From the IMG/VR virus record IMGVR_UViG_3300043220_000204, positions 1 through 42,288 of that record: a DNA stretch of 42,288 nt. One strand, given 5' to 3'. This document shows positions 28,082 to 36,446 of the stretch, in pieces. A program made the translations under genes and the position numbers. The stretch is from a virus. Its lineage: Duplodnaviria; Caudoviricetes. The notes under the pieces are model-generated. The model was not told where the DNA came from and made no database searches. It was given only the letters and a program-made list of their open reading frames with translations. Position 1 is the first letter of the stretch; each line of letters begins with the position of its first letter.

Positions 28082-29714
28082 TTGTTGCCTCCTCTATTGC
28101 CCCGAGGTTTTCAGCATCAATATTTCCTAATTGTTCTGCTTGATTTAAACCTTGCTGTGCCTCTGCTTGTTTTTTTGCTTCTGCCTGTGCTTCTGCTCGT
28201 TGTTGTCTTATTGCTGAAACAGCTTCGTCTGAATTAACAGCGCCCGGTGGAACAGATTTCATATCAGCGTAAAGGTCAATTGTCTCATCTGTATTAACTT
28301 TGTCTATTGCGCTTGGGTCAAATTTAGAAACTTCAGCAACAAAGCCTAAATATTCAAATAAGCCCTGCGCTCCAATTGCTCTCTGAGCTTGGGCAAGGGT
28401 TGAAATAAATTCAAATTCTGCACTTACCCCTTCAAGCTCTTCCGGTGGAGGGGGAATTATTCCATTTCTTAAAAGCATATTAAACGTTCTTTCCAAAACT
28501 GGCTGTAAAAATTGCTTCATTTGTCTTCCGATCATCGGGCCAACAAGTAATCTTTTTTCTTCTTTTAAAATTCCAACTTCAAACGCTGTTTTTTCAACTG
28601 CTTGATCTAATGTTTGAAACAAGTGGTTAAAGAATCCTGTGTGTAACTGTGAGTGTATCAGAGCAACTCTTTGCCTCATTTCACCCAAGTCAGGCTTTAT
28701 TAATACAACAGGTTTTATAATATCATCTGCAATTAAGTTATTTGATGTAACGACAACTCCCGGAATATTTATATTTTTAAGCTCTCCTTTTAACCCTGAT
28801 GGCGCAATCAAGGGAGGGTCTATCATCTTTTGATTTGCTTTCATCAACATCTTTGTATTTTGCTGTAATTCTTTTATGTGTCCAAGATATTCCTCACCAA
28901 GGCCATATCCGTAAACATTTGCTGCGTTTTCGTAAAGAGTAGGTGCTGCAATGGGGTTTTCTCTAAAACCTGAAATGCTTAACATTGTTTCACCGTCAAA
29001 CATCATGTAAGCATGTGTAAATAACATGCTTAAATTATCTATCTTATTCGGGTCTTGTTCTGAGTTTGGTTCTATAACTCTTAAGACAGTGAAGTACTGG
29101 TTGTCGGTTGCATTTTCTACATCGTTGGGAATATTGTTTGGGAACTTTTCCCTTATCTGCCTTGCTGTCATTTCAATTTTTGAATAGTGAGTATCAACGA
29201 TATCTTTATCATTTTTTGACATTCTGTAAGTGCCATATGTTTGCACTTTAAAAACGGGTAATCCTGTATCGGGGTCTTCATCTGTAATTAAATTTCCAGT
29301 ACCAAAACCACCCTCTTCTTCATAAACTATGTGAGAGCTTGTATAAAAATTTGTTGTTTGAAAAACGCCGTACATTATTTCTTCTACTAACGGGGCCCAT
29401 TGTTTTCCGGCTGCGCTTTCTCTTGCTTGCGGATTTGTTAATCTAAACTTAAACCATGGCCTTGCAGGGCTTGACAATCCAGCCTGAATTCCGGCTGAAT
29501 AGTTTTTTAGTGCCTGACTTCCTGCAGGGTCTAATATCTTAAGACCTTTTCTATCCCCCTGGTTCGGCTGATCACCTTCAAAAACTCCTCTCCATGGAAT
29601 TAAGTAATCACGGATAGTTTCACCCTTAGCCGCCCATTCTGCAAAAGCATCATTAAGCTCTTTGTATGTTTCTTTATATCTTTTTGCTCTTTCTTCTGGT
29701 TTTTCAAACGGCAT
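28074..29714 (-). CDS. portal (head-tail connector) protein
   Basis: GLSSPARPWF, NFY......EE.G.FGTG, YGYG, DPPL, TAFEV....EEK...GP..GR, EFISTLAQAQRA. Confidence 0.93.
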   Translation of the reverse strand: MPFEKPEERAKRYKETYKELNDAFAEWAAKGETIRDYLIPWRGVFEGDQPNQGDRKGLKILDPAGSQALKNYSAGIQAGLSSPARPWFKFRLTNPQARESAAGKQWAPLVEEIMYGVFQTTNFYTSSHIVYEEEGGFGTGNLITDEDPDTGLPVFKVQTYGTYRMSKNDKDIVDTHYSKIEMTARQIREKFPNNIPNDVENATDNQYFTVLRVIEPNSEQDPNKIDNLSMLFTHAYMMFDGETMLSISGFRENPIAAPTLYENAANVYGYGLGEEYLGHIKELQQNTKMLMKANQKMIDPPLIAPSGLKGELKNINIPGVVVTSNNLIADDIIKPVVLIKPDLGEMRQRVALIHSQLHTGFFNHLFQTLDQAVEKTAFEVGILKEEKRLLVGPMIGRQMKQFLQPVLERTFNMLLRNGIIPPPPEELEGVSAEFEFISTLAQAQRAIGAQGLFEYLGFVAEVSKFDPSAIDKVNTDETIDLYADMKSVPPGAVNSDEAVSAIRQQRAEAQAEAKKQAEAQQGLNQAEQLGNIDAENLGAIEEATIG

Positions 29715-29717
29715 AAG

Positions 29718-30722
29718 TTATCCTAATAAACTTCTTCCAGTTGAGGTTTCACCTTCTTCAAATAATAGCCCGGCTTGTCTTGATAATAACCCTTGCATTC
29801 TTGCTCTTAATTGTTTTAACCTTTCTATGTCAAAGCCGAACCTTGATGCTATATCTGCAAGGTCGTCGTCGGTTGTTTGTTCATTTATAAAAGGGACAGC
29901 TTCAAGTAGATTCTCAAAACCCTCTTCAATTAATGTATCTATTATTGCATCATCGCCCGCTAATAATGCAGTTCCTGCTCCTGAAACAGCAGGTATAATA
30001 TCCTCACCTTCTCCGCCTGGTGAAAGTGTACTTACAAATGCCTCTAATCCTTGAAAATCTTCTGTCAATGATTCTGATGTTTCGCCACCAAATAATAAAT
30101 CGGTTGCCCCTGATAACGTACCTTGAAGACCTTCTATTCCAGAAACACCTCCCGTAGATGGGATATTTCCTATTTGTTCCGAGCCTGTAATTACTGTTTC
30201 TAATAAATTAGTTGGGTCTATTTCTGTGGCTTTTTCTGATAAAACATCAAAAACTTCTGAAGAACCTTCTAAAAATCCTAATGGGTCTATTGTAAGGTCT
30301 AAATCATCTCCTAAATTAATTCCTGAAATATCCTGGGAAACATCACCTACATCAGTGATAAAATCTGAAAAATCTGTTATGTCAGCTTCTAAGAATGCCT
30401 CTGTGCCAAACTCCTGTAAGTCACTAAAGGCCGTTGATGCTGTTTGTCCTATATTGAGGAAATCAAAGACTCCATCGTCCTCTTGTACAACAGCACTTCC
30501 AATAGGTTCTAATTTCTCAAGAACTGTACTTGCAACATCAAGACCTGGTGTTTCCTGAAAAATATCTGTTAAATCATCAGATACTTGTTCAGTTGCTGAG
30601 TCTTGCGCTGCGCCAACAACAGGCAGTAACTCTTGTATAGCTTCTAATGCATCCAAAGAATCCTCTTCACCTGTAGTTAATTGAATAGTTGTTTCTAATA
30701 AGTCCTTAGCCAATTTACCCAT
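29718..30722 (-). CDS. highly acidic virion-associated protein upstream of portal
   Basis: 334 aa ORF ending ...GRSLLG, the ending typical of pre-portal genes in this phage group; D/E-rich. Confidence 0.75.
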   Translation of the reverse strand: MGKLAKDLLETTIQLTTGEEDSLDALEAIQELLPVVGAAQDSATEQVSDDLTDIFQETPGLDVASTVLEKLEPIGSAVVQEDDGVFDFLNIGQTASTAFSDLQEFGTEAFLEADITDFSDFITDVGDVSQDISGINLGDDLDLTIDPLGFLEGSSEVFDVLSEKATEIDPTNLLETVITGSEQIGNIPSTGGVSGIEGLQGTLSGATDLLFGGETSESLTEDFQGLEAFVSTLSPGGEGEDIIPAVSGAGTALLAGDDAIIDTLIEEGFENLLEAVPFINEQTTDDDLADIASRFGFDIERLKQLRARMQGLLSRQAGLLFEEGETSTGRSLLG

Positions 30723-31060
30723 TACAAATCCCTCCCACTAATCATCAAAATAACTGGTTTATTAAACCCAAATTTTGTTATAAAAGATTCAAATTTATCA
30801 TCGGGATACCGTTTTCTGCATATTAGATTTTTTAAACCCATAGACCTCAAATCATTTTTTATGATTTCCCAATCTTTTTGAGTTTCTATTTTTGTTTCTT
30901 TATCCCATCTTGTAATTAAGCAATGTATGACCCCAAGGGTTCCTGTTAATTCTACATTAAGTAATCCATATGATTCCCCGCTTATGCTTAATTCATAAGC
31001 GACTATATCTCGTTTGCAATCCTTTAAGGTGTCAACAACTCTGTCTGTTTTTTTTATCAT
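30722..31060 (-). CDS. GNAT-fold-like hypothetical protein
   Basis: ..IH..I, KF..FITKFGF pattern recalls podoviral acetyltransferase-like proteins; coupled to terL (ATGA). Confidence 0.5.
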   Translation of the reverse strand: MIKKTDRVVDTLKDCKRDIVAYELSISGESYGLLNVELTGTLGVIHCLITRWDKETKIETQKDWEIIKNDLRSMGLKNLICRKRYPDDKFESFITKFGFNKPVILMISGRDL

Positions 31061-32634
31061 CCTGTGTACTCCAATGGGTCATAGTCTTGAGTTGTCATTA
31101 TTTCGTCTCTTATTATACTATCTGTTGTGTATTCTGGGAAAAATGTTCTGAATTCTGCGTGCTTTATCCTTGCAATGCAATCCAGCATATCATCATGGTG
31201 AGCAACTGGAAAAGAAAGATATTCATCATCAATAAATTCCTGCACAAAATCATAAGTGCTTCCGTCGATACGAAGTTTCATTAATGTGTGAGGTAAATAA
31301 AATCTTCCAGTTTGGAATGTTGGCACTAAAAGCTTTATTCTATCATTCTTTGGCATATTTCCAGCCACAGAGGTTATTGTGAATCTATAGTTTTGCAACT
31401 CTTGAATTTCATTAATATGTTCAATGTCTGAATCTTTCCCATATTTTTCATAACCTACACCTAAAAGCCTTTTATTTATATTATATTTTCTATGGAACCG
31501 CATAAGATGATCTGTTCTTTCGGTTAAATTCAGCCTATCCCTGATACCATCAACAAGGTAATAGTTATTATCTGGGCCTAAGCCTATAATAACCATGACA
31601 GTATAGTCATTTTCCTTTTTCTTCTCACTCGCCGGATCACAAAGCAAATAAAGATTTAAATTATCCCAGTTTTTAAGTGTATATCTTGTATTTTTTATCC
31701 ATTCCTCTCTAAAGCCTTGGGACTTGTCGGCCACAGGATTTTGAAGAATCTGACAAGAAAAAATATAGGGCCCCATGGTTCTTCGTTTCTTATCCCATGT
31801 TTTTTGATCCCACATTAAAGGTTTTCCATCAACTGTTCCATCGTCGGAGCCAGCGTATACTCTTGTTATTGCTGCTTTTCTTTTTATTAAAGTAAAATAT
31901 GTATCATTGGCGTGATATCTTGTCGCTGCATATCTCTCTATATCTTTTTCTCCGGGATATGCAGCTATTGGGGCTTGACTTCCAAGGTTTAAACTTTGCT
32001 CCCATTGGTCAATACTCTTTTTTATCATATCAGGGTTTGAAACGTGCTTTTCTGTTATGATATCGTCATACATTCTAATATTGAAATGATAACTTGTAGG
32101 CAGTCCTTCCATAAAACCCCATGCGCTTACTGTGGCTTCTTTTTGAATGCCAACCCTCTTAACAACTATTCCACGGTCAAGTGACCATTTTGGGCTTTCT
32201 GTAGATGGATTTTCATAAAGTATTTCAGGGAAAAGTATTTTAAGGAGTGTGTTCTCTTGAAGGGTTTCTTTTATCTGTGATAAAAAATTTTTTGCAATTC
32301 CAGAAGTAAAAGAAAAAATACCAATTGTTATTTCTGGGTCTCTTAAGATATCTTGGATTGTTAAGGTGTATGTAATTATTGTACTTTTGAAATGCTCCCT
32401 ACTCCACAAATCTAAATAGCCGTTTGGATTTTCCTTGACTTCACGACACCGGGCAAAAACAAAATCATTATTTGCAAATGAAACGCCCAAAATATTTGTC
32501 AGTAAGAAAAACAAATCAGACTTACAGAATTTAACCATGTTTGGGAAATCTTTTTTTGCTAAGATATCTTTATAAATATCGTTGCATTGTTCCCGGGTTA
32601 ATTTATGTAAACTCTTTAGTTCTTCGGGTGTCAT
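31057..32634 (-). CDS. terL: terminase large subunit
   Basis: Walker A-like LWSREHFKST, Walker B YDDI, TRYH.ND, FSCQILQNP, nuclease DPA...DYT, FP...HDD.LD; start ATG 32634 after GGAG. Confidence 0.92.
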   Translation of the reverse strand: MTPEELKSLHKLTREQCNDIYKDILAKKDFPNMVKFCKSDLFFLLTNILGVSFANNDFVFARCREVKENPNGYLDLWSREHFKSTIITYTLTIQDILRDPEITIGIFSFTSGIAKNFLSQIKETLQENTLLKILFPEILYENPSTESPKWSLDRGIVVKRVGIQKEATVSAWGFMEGLPTSYHFNIRMYDDIITEKHVSNPDMIKKSIDQWEQSLNLGSQAPIAAYPGEKDIERYAATRYHANDTYFTLIKRKAAITRVYAGSDDGTVDGKPLMWDQKTWDKKRRTMGPYIFSCQILQNPVADKSQGFREEWIKNTRYTLKNWDNLNLYLLCDPASEKKKENDYTVMVIIGLGPDNNYYLVDGIRDRLNLTERTDHLMRFHRKYNINKRLLGVGYEKYGKDSDIEHINEIQELQNYRFTITSVAGNMPKNDRIKLLVPTFQTGRFYLPHTLMKLRIDGSTYDFVQEFIDDEYLSFPVAHHDDMLDCIARIKHAEFRTFFPEYTTDSIIRDEIMTTQDYDPLEYTG

Positions 32635-32645
32635 TTTTACTCCAT

Positions 32646-32715
32646 AAAAAAAGCCTGTTAATCTCAAGATGCACATTCGCTTGGAACGAGTACCTAATTA
32701 AGATTTAACAGGCTT
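32646..32715 (-). terminator. long terminator/attenuator hairpin directly upstream of terL
   Basis: AAGCCTGTTAA...TTAACAGGCTT followed by a T7 tract, with internal stems containing G-U pairs on the - strand. Confidence 0.7.
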
Positions 32716-32786
32716 GATTTTTTCAATACCTTTTAAAAATGAACTATTTTTCTATCTCTATTGACTTATACTCTTCAATATGAACT

Positions 32787-32815
32787 ATATTGCCATTCTG
32801 AAAACGAATAGTCAA
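32787..32815 (-). promoter_or_regulatory. candidate late promoter
   Basis: TTGACT-17-CAATAT with TG at the extended -10 position. Confidence 0.55.
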
Positions 32816-32877
32816 CCTTCCGTGGAATTTTTTTTTGATTAGTTCAAAAACTATGGCTAAGATTTGTTTCATTTTCC

Positions 32878-33114
32878 CTATCCCTCATCTGCATTTTCAA
32901 CAAATTCAAGGATTATTGTTGCCAATTCTTTTTTGCTAAAAAGTAAAAGCTCTGACATCATTTCTAAATATGTTTTTTTATTCCTGGGTTCATCCCAAAA
33001 AGATTCATAATCTATATTCTTATCTTTGCTCTCTAATCTTATTGACCCACCAGAGTAGCCAGCATCTATTATTAACTTTTTATTTTTACAGGTTGCCTCT
33101 AACATTGCACACAT
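32878..33114 (-). CDS. hypothetical protein
   Basis: AAGGG SD; co-oriented ORF. Confidence 0.6.
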   Translation of the reverse strand: MCAMLEATCKNKKLIIDAGYSGGSIRLESKDKNIDYESFWDEPRNKKTYLEMMSELLLFSKKELATIILEFVENADEG

Positions 33115-33159
33115 TTTTTCCCTTAGAAAATTTTAAATTTTTAGTGAGCCGGTTTATGT

Positions 33160-33399
33160 TTATTCGTTTTTAATCTTTAATGGGATGCCTCGATAAAAGA
33201 ATGTTCCGTTTTCAGGTGCTTTAATATCCTTTTGTTCATATGTTTTTGGCTCAAGATTTCTATCTTCGAATTCTTTTGTTAACAAAGACAATTCTCTTTT
33301 AGATATTTCTATGCAGTCTATAACTTTTGCTCCTGTGCCAATAAAAATCATAGAATCTAATTCTTCCATTACTGTTTTATCTCTGTATATTGCTTTCAT
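33160..33399 (-). CDS. hypothetical protein
   Basis: GGAG SD; directly downstream of the tRNA. Confidence 0.7.
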   Translation of the reverse strand: MKAIYRDKTVMEELDSMIFIGTGAKVIDCIEISKRELSLLTKEFEDRNLEPKTYEQKDIKAPENGTFFYRGIPLKIKNE

Positions 33400-33424
33400 A
33401 AATCTCCAGGAAGAATAAAATATT

Positions 33425-33510
33425 TGGCGGTAGGTATAGGATTCGAACCTATAGTGCTTTTAAACACGATTGTTTAGCAAACAATTCCAATACCATTATG
33501 GGAACCTACC
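33425..33510 (-). tRNA. tRNA-Ser (anticodon GCT)
   Basis: Acceptor GGTAGGT/ACCTACC, discriminator G, encoded CCA; anticodon arm ATTGT-TTGCTAA-ACAAT; long variable arm; T arm ATAGG-TTCGAAT-CCTAT. Confidence 0.95.
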
Positions 33511-33628
33511 TCATAGTGTCAGCCAACACAGCCATGGCAGACGGCAAAAAAATAACTGTGTTGACTCTATCTATACAATTTTTATTACGCATGAAAATAT
33601 TAAATTTTCAACGTGCCGTCTCTCCCCA
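33511..33628 (-). ncRNA. structured (pseudoknot-capable) pre-tRNA leader RNA, candidate
   Basis: 15-bp stem with 3 G-U pairs, 8-nt loop/5'-end complementarity, second hairpin; TTGATA-16-TAATAT upstream (33661-33634). Confidence 0.55.
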
Positions 33629-33947
33629 TTTTTATATTACATTATTTTGGGGGAATATCAAGGAATAGAAAAGCCTTTTGGAAATTAAATAGGGGTGGGA
33701 GTTGGGTTACATATATAAACAAAAACCCTGTGAGGGGGCACATGGGGGTCTTTAAACTCGCTAACTATTAATGACTTTTTGCTAAAATCTATGATATATT
33801 TCCATAAAGATAAGTATCTGTAATCATTGAAGGTGGTCACAAATTTCTCGGGGTTTATACTTTCCATCACCGCGAAATAAAAGAATGTTAAGTATCTAAT
33901 ATGAATTGATAGTTACAATTACCCCGGGATTTAATAAAATGATATGT

Positions 33948-33983
33948 AATAATAGCCCAATATATGTATATTGGGCTATTATT
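33948..33983. repeat. perfect 17-bp inverted repeat
   Basis: aataatagcccaatata-tg-tatattgggctattatt. Confidence 0.9.
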
Positions 33984-34062
33984 GAAGAGTCAAGTATATC
34001 AATAGACTCAAGACGCAGAACCAGGAACGTGTTAAGTAACTGGTTATAATTGTTGGGGATTG

Positions 34063-34566
34063 TTATTCTGTGATTTTCTTTTGATCCGGTGTGATATCTA
34101 TTACATCTTGTTCGGGTTTATCGTTAGATAGTTTCTTAATGAGGCTATCAACGGTTTCGCAGGCCTGTTCTTTCGGGTCAAAAGCCTTGACTTCGTTGAT
34201 TGTTTTGTTTACTTCGATGTAATTATGGTTACATTTGAGGGCAAATATTGCGCCTGTTGGATTGTTTTGTGTAATCGCACGGTTTAGTAAGGAATCCTCG
34301 CAAAGTAGCTTCAGCCTTTTAGTCGGTCGGTATAAATCGTGTGTTTTGTTAACCATCCAATTTGTCAAAGTGTCCTTGTCCATTCCGGCAAAACAAGCAA
34401 ACCCCACCATTGTAAGTGGTTTTCCTACTTCCTCGCATTTAGAAATATAATCGTCAATGTGTAAATCTAAAATATCTGGGTGATTATATAATCTAGGCGC
34501 TCCTCTTTTTACGATAGGAATTGTTTTGGGCTTATCATCTTTTTTTATCTTAGGTTTTGGCATCAA
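34063..34566 (-). CDS. terS: terminase small subunit (P22 gp3-like DNA-packaging protein)
   Basis: GAPRLY..P..L...IDDY...C......PLTMVGFACFAGMDKDTL..W, TGAIFALK. Confidence 0.85.
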   Translation of the reverse strand: MMPKPKIKKDDKPKTIPIVKRGAPRLYNHPDILDLHIDDYISKCEEVGKPLTMVGFACFAGMDKDTLTNWMVNKTHDLYRPTKRLKLLCEDSLLNRAITQNNPTGAIFALKCNHNYIEVNKTINEVKAFDPKEQACETVDSLIKKLSNDKPEQDVIDITPDQKKITE

Positions 34567-34864
34567 GTATTTCCCTATCTTTTATCAATTTTTCTTTCAG
34601 CTCCAAATACCGGCCGTTTTTTAGAGGAACTTGTCTTGTGATTATAACAACGTCATTTGTTGACGCCTTGAATTCAGTTTTATTTATTGCATCATTATGT
34701 AGTTTATTCCAAATCCTAATAGCTCCATCCTTATTCTCTTTTGTTACTTCGATACCGCATGTTTCACAAACTATATCCCATTCAACTGAAAATGTGAGTG
34801 TGATTTCATGAATAGCAGGTATATCTCCACATAATTTACATTGTTTAGGCTTTGCCATCCCCAA
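34550..34864 (-). CDS. Lar-like (restriction alleviation family) zinc-finger protein
   Basis: KPKQCKLCG...IVCETCG...AIRIWN. Confidence 0.65.
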   Translation of the reverse strand: MGMAKPKQCKLCGDIPAIHEITLTFSVEWDIVCETCGIEVTKENKDGAIRIWNKLHNDAINKTEFKASTNDVVIITRQVPLKNGRYLELKEKLIKDREILDAKT

Positions 34865-35060
34865 ACTCCCTGCTTAAAATAGTCATAATATCTATAGCTT
34901 TACGATTACCACACTTGTCTATTTCTACGAAGCCCATTCCTACACCATTGTTTTTTTTTGATTCTGGAAATGGATTTGAGGAGTTTATTCTATTTTCTAT
35001 TTCTCTTGCTTCCTGTGATAATTTAATATTAATAAATGGTTTCTTTTTAGTTTTAGTCAT
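34845..35060 (-). CDS. hypothetical protein
   Basis: GGAG SD; overlaps the next gene. Confidence 0.65.
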   Translation of the reverse strand: MTKTKKKPFINIKLSQEAREIENRINSSNPFPESKKNNGVGMGFVEIDKCGNRKAIDIMTILSREFGDGKA

Positions 35061-35085
35061 TCACGTTCTCCGCAAGGGATTATTT

Positions 35086-35283
35086 CTATTCCAACTCAGT
35101 TTTTAACGGTTTTTCAGGGCCATCTTTCTTGAAAATATAAATATTAACAACGGATTTTCTGATATCTATTTTGCAATTACAATCTTGAGTTATTGTTTTG
35201 ATGGGCTGCTTTACGGTTTTTATTTCTTTTTGGCATGATAAAAAAATCGGAATGAATATTATTAATATAATAAGTTTTTTCAT
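35086..35283 (-). CDS. small lipoprotein
   Basis: MKK, hydrophobic stretch, then lipobox FLSC. Confidence 0.7.
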   Translation of the reverse strand: MKKLIILIIFIPIFLSCQKEIKTVKQPIKTITQDCNCKIDIRKSVVNIYIFKKDGPEKPLKTELE

Positions 35284-35287
35284 AAAT

Positions 35288-35362
35288 AAAAAACCCCTGG
35301 ATTATTGTTTATATAGTTATTTTACAGAAATAAACTATATAAGTCAAGTAAATCCAAGGGTA
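35288..35362 (-). promoter_or_regulatory. terminator hairpin with nested sigma70 promoter
   Basis: CCCTTGGATT...AATCCAGGGG-TTTTTT enclosing TTGACT-17-TAAAAT (35347-35319). Confidence 0.7.
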
Positions 35363-35396
35363 TTTTAAACTATATAACTGTCATTATTAATTACAT

Positions 35397-35621
35397 TTAT
35401 TTTGTTGAGTCTATAGCTTCCATTATTGCATATGGATAATCATATCCAACGTGTCTCATCGCAGTTATTGTGAAGCTTAAAGACCCTTGATCGTACTTGC
35501 CGAAATCCTTTATCGCACTCCCTAAATAATTTTTTATATTAATATCCGATTTTAAAGATCTATAAAAATGAGCCCAATATTCTTCAAGATATTGCTCAAT
35601 TTCTTCTGTCCTTGATTTCAT
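35397..35621 (-). CDS. hypothetical protein
   Basis: AAGGAG upstream; small-gene cluster. Confidence 0.7.
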   Translation of the reverse strand: MKSRTEEIEQYLEEYWAHFYRSLKSDINIKNYLGSAIKDFGKYDQGSLSFTITAMRHVGYDYPYAIMEAIDSTK

Positions 35622-35667
35622 TATCTTCCAATCTCCTTTTTATTTTAACCCGATGCATACTTATAAT

Positions 35668-36090
35668 TTATTTATAACTATTATGATGATCACAAAAGTT
35701 CAAAAACTCCTGGATTTGCTCGTCCTTCTCCCTGCAATTAACATTATATAATCCTATGATAGATTTAACTTCCTCAACAAAAACTTCGAAATCAAAATTT
35801 TTAAATCCTGTAACATACACGACCTCGTCTTCTGCTTCTGTATAATCACGGCTGTCTACAGATAATATTTCCATTTTTCCGCCTAATATTCTTAGATAAC
35901 ATTCACGATTCGTCCATTCGTGATAGTTATAATCGCTCACGGGCTTGTTATTGTCGTGATTATACAGTCCATTAAATGTATTTGATGTCAACTGCTCGAC
36001 ATCGTCTGCAAAGTCAAAGCTATTCATTAGTTTTTCAGCTTGCTTTAATCCTTTTTGAGTTGTGGTTTTTCTCTCTGCTAATTTCATCAT
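35668..36090 (-). CDS. hypothetical acidic protein
   Basis: AAGGAG SD. Confidence 0.75.
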   Translation of the reverse strand: MMKLAERKTTTQKGLKQAEKLMNSFDFADDVEQLTSNTFNGLYNHDNNKPVSDYNYHEWTNRECYLRILGGKMEILSVDSRDYTEAEDEVVYVTGFKNFDFEVFVEEVKSIIGLYNVNCREKDEQIQEFLNFCDHHNSYK

Positions 36091-36149
36091 TTTTCAATCT
36101 CCTTAAATTTATTATTTATACATGCTTTTATTCGGTTAAAACGAATATC

Positions 36150-36434
36150 CTAACTTAAGTCTAAATCGCTTGTTTTAATAGCAGTAAATTGCCATTGCCC
36201 AAGCCTAACCCTTTCGATCAGACCTTTCTTAATTAAGCTTTGAAGAGCGTTGTATTCTCTATCACCGACATAGTCAGTTACCATATTTCTTCGTATTCTT
36301 TCGACTGTCCTTGTTTCAGTTTTATTTAATTTGTAATTATTAATTATTTCACTTGCTTTTTTAGAAATTCGCCCTTTAAGAATTTCGTTATTTTCTTTTC
36401 TTCTTCTATATGTTTCTGTTTTATTATATTCCAC
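36150..36434 (-). CDS. hypothetical protein, possible winged helix
   Basis: AAGGAG plus GTG start; ALQSLIKKGLIERV. Confidence 0.65.
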   Translation of the reverse strand: MEYNKTETYRRRKENNEILKGRISKKASEIINNYKLNKTETRTVERIRRNMVTDYVGDREYNALQSLIKKGLIERVRLGQWQFTAIKTSDLDLS

Positions 36435-36446
36435 GTCAATCTCCTT

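Noticed and set aside
13106-31284. Many + strand ORFs within the structural operon (e.g. 26806-27453, 16061-16498)
   Set aside because: Antisense shadows of well-supported - strand genes, with S/F/L/I-rich composition and no motifs
32635-32676. N-terminal extension of terL (and likewise 9186-9278 of rha and 3046-3111 of the HTH gene)
   Set aside because: The extensions run through terminator or promoter sequence; downstream starts have proper SD sequences
33470-33688. 72-aa + strand ORF
   Set aside because: Antisense to the tRNA and its leader, no SD; probably spurious
33685-33870. 61-aa ORF from the ORF track
   Set aside because: No clear SD; it overlaps G/C tracts and repeated motifs better explained as cis-acting DNA
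35288-35366. IS200/IS605 transposon end
   Set aside because: No tnpA or tnpB gene and no matching second end in the window
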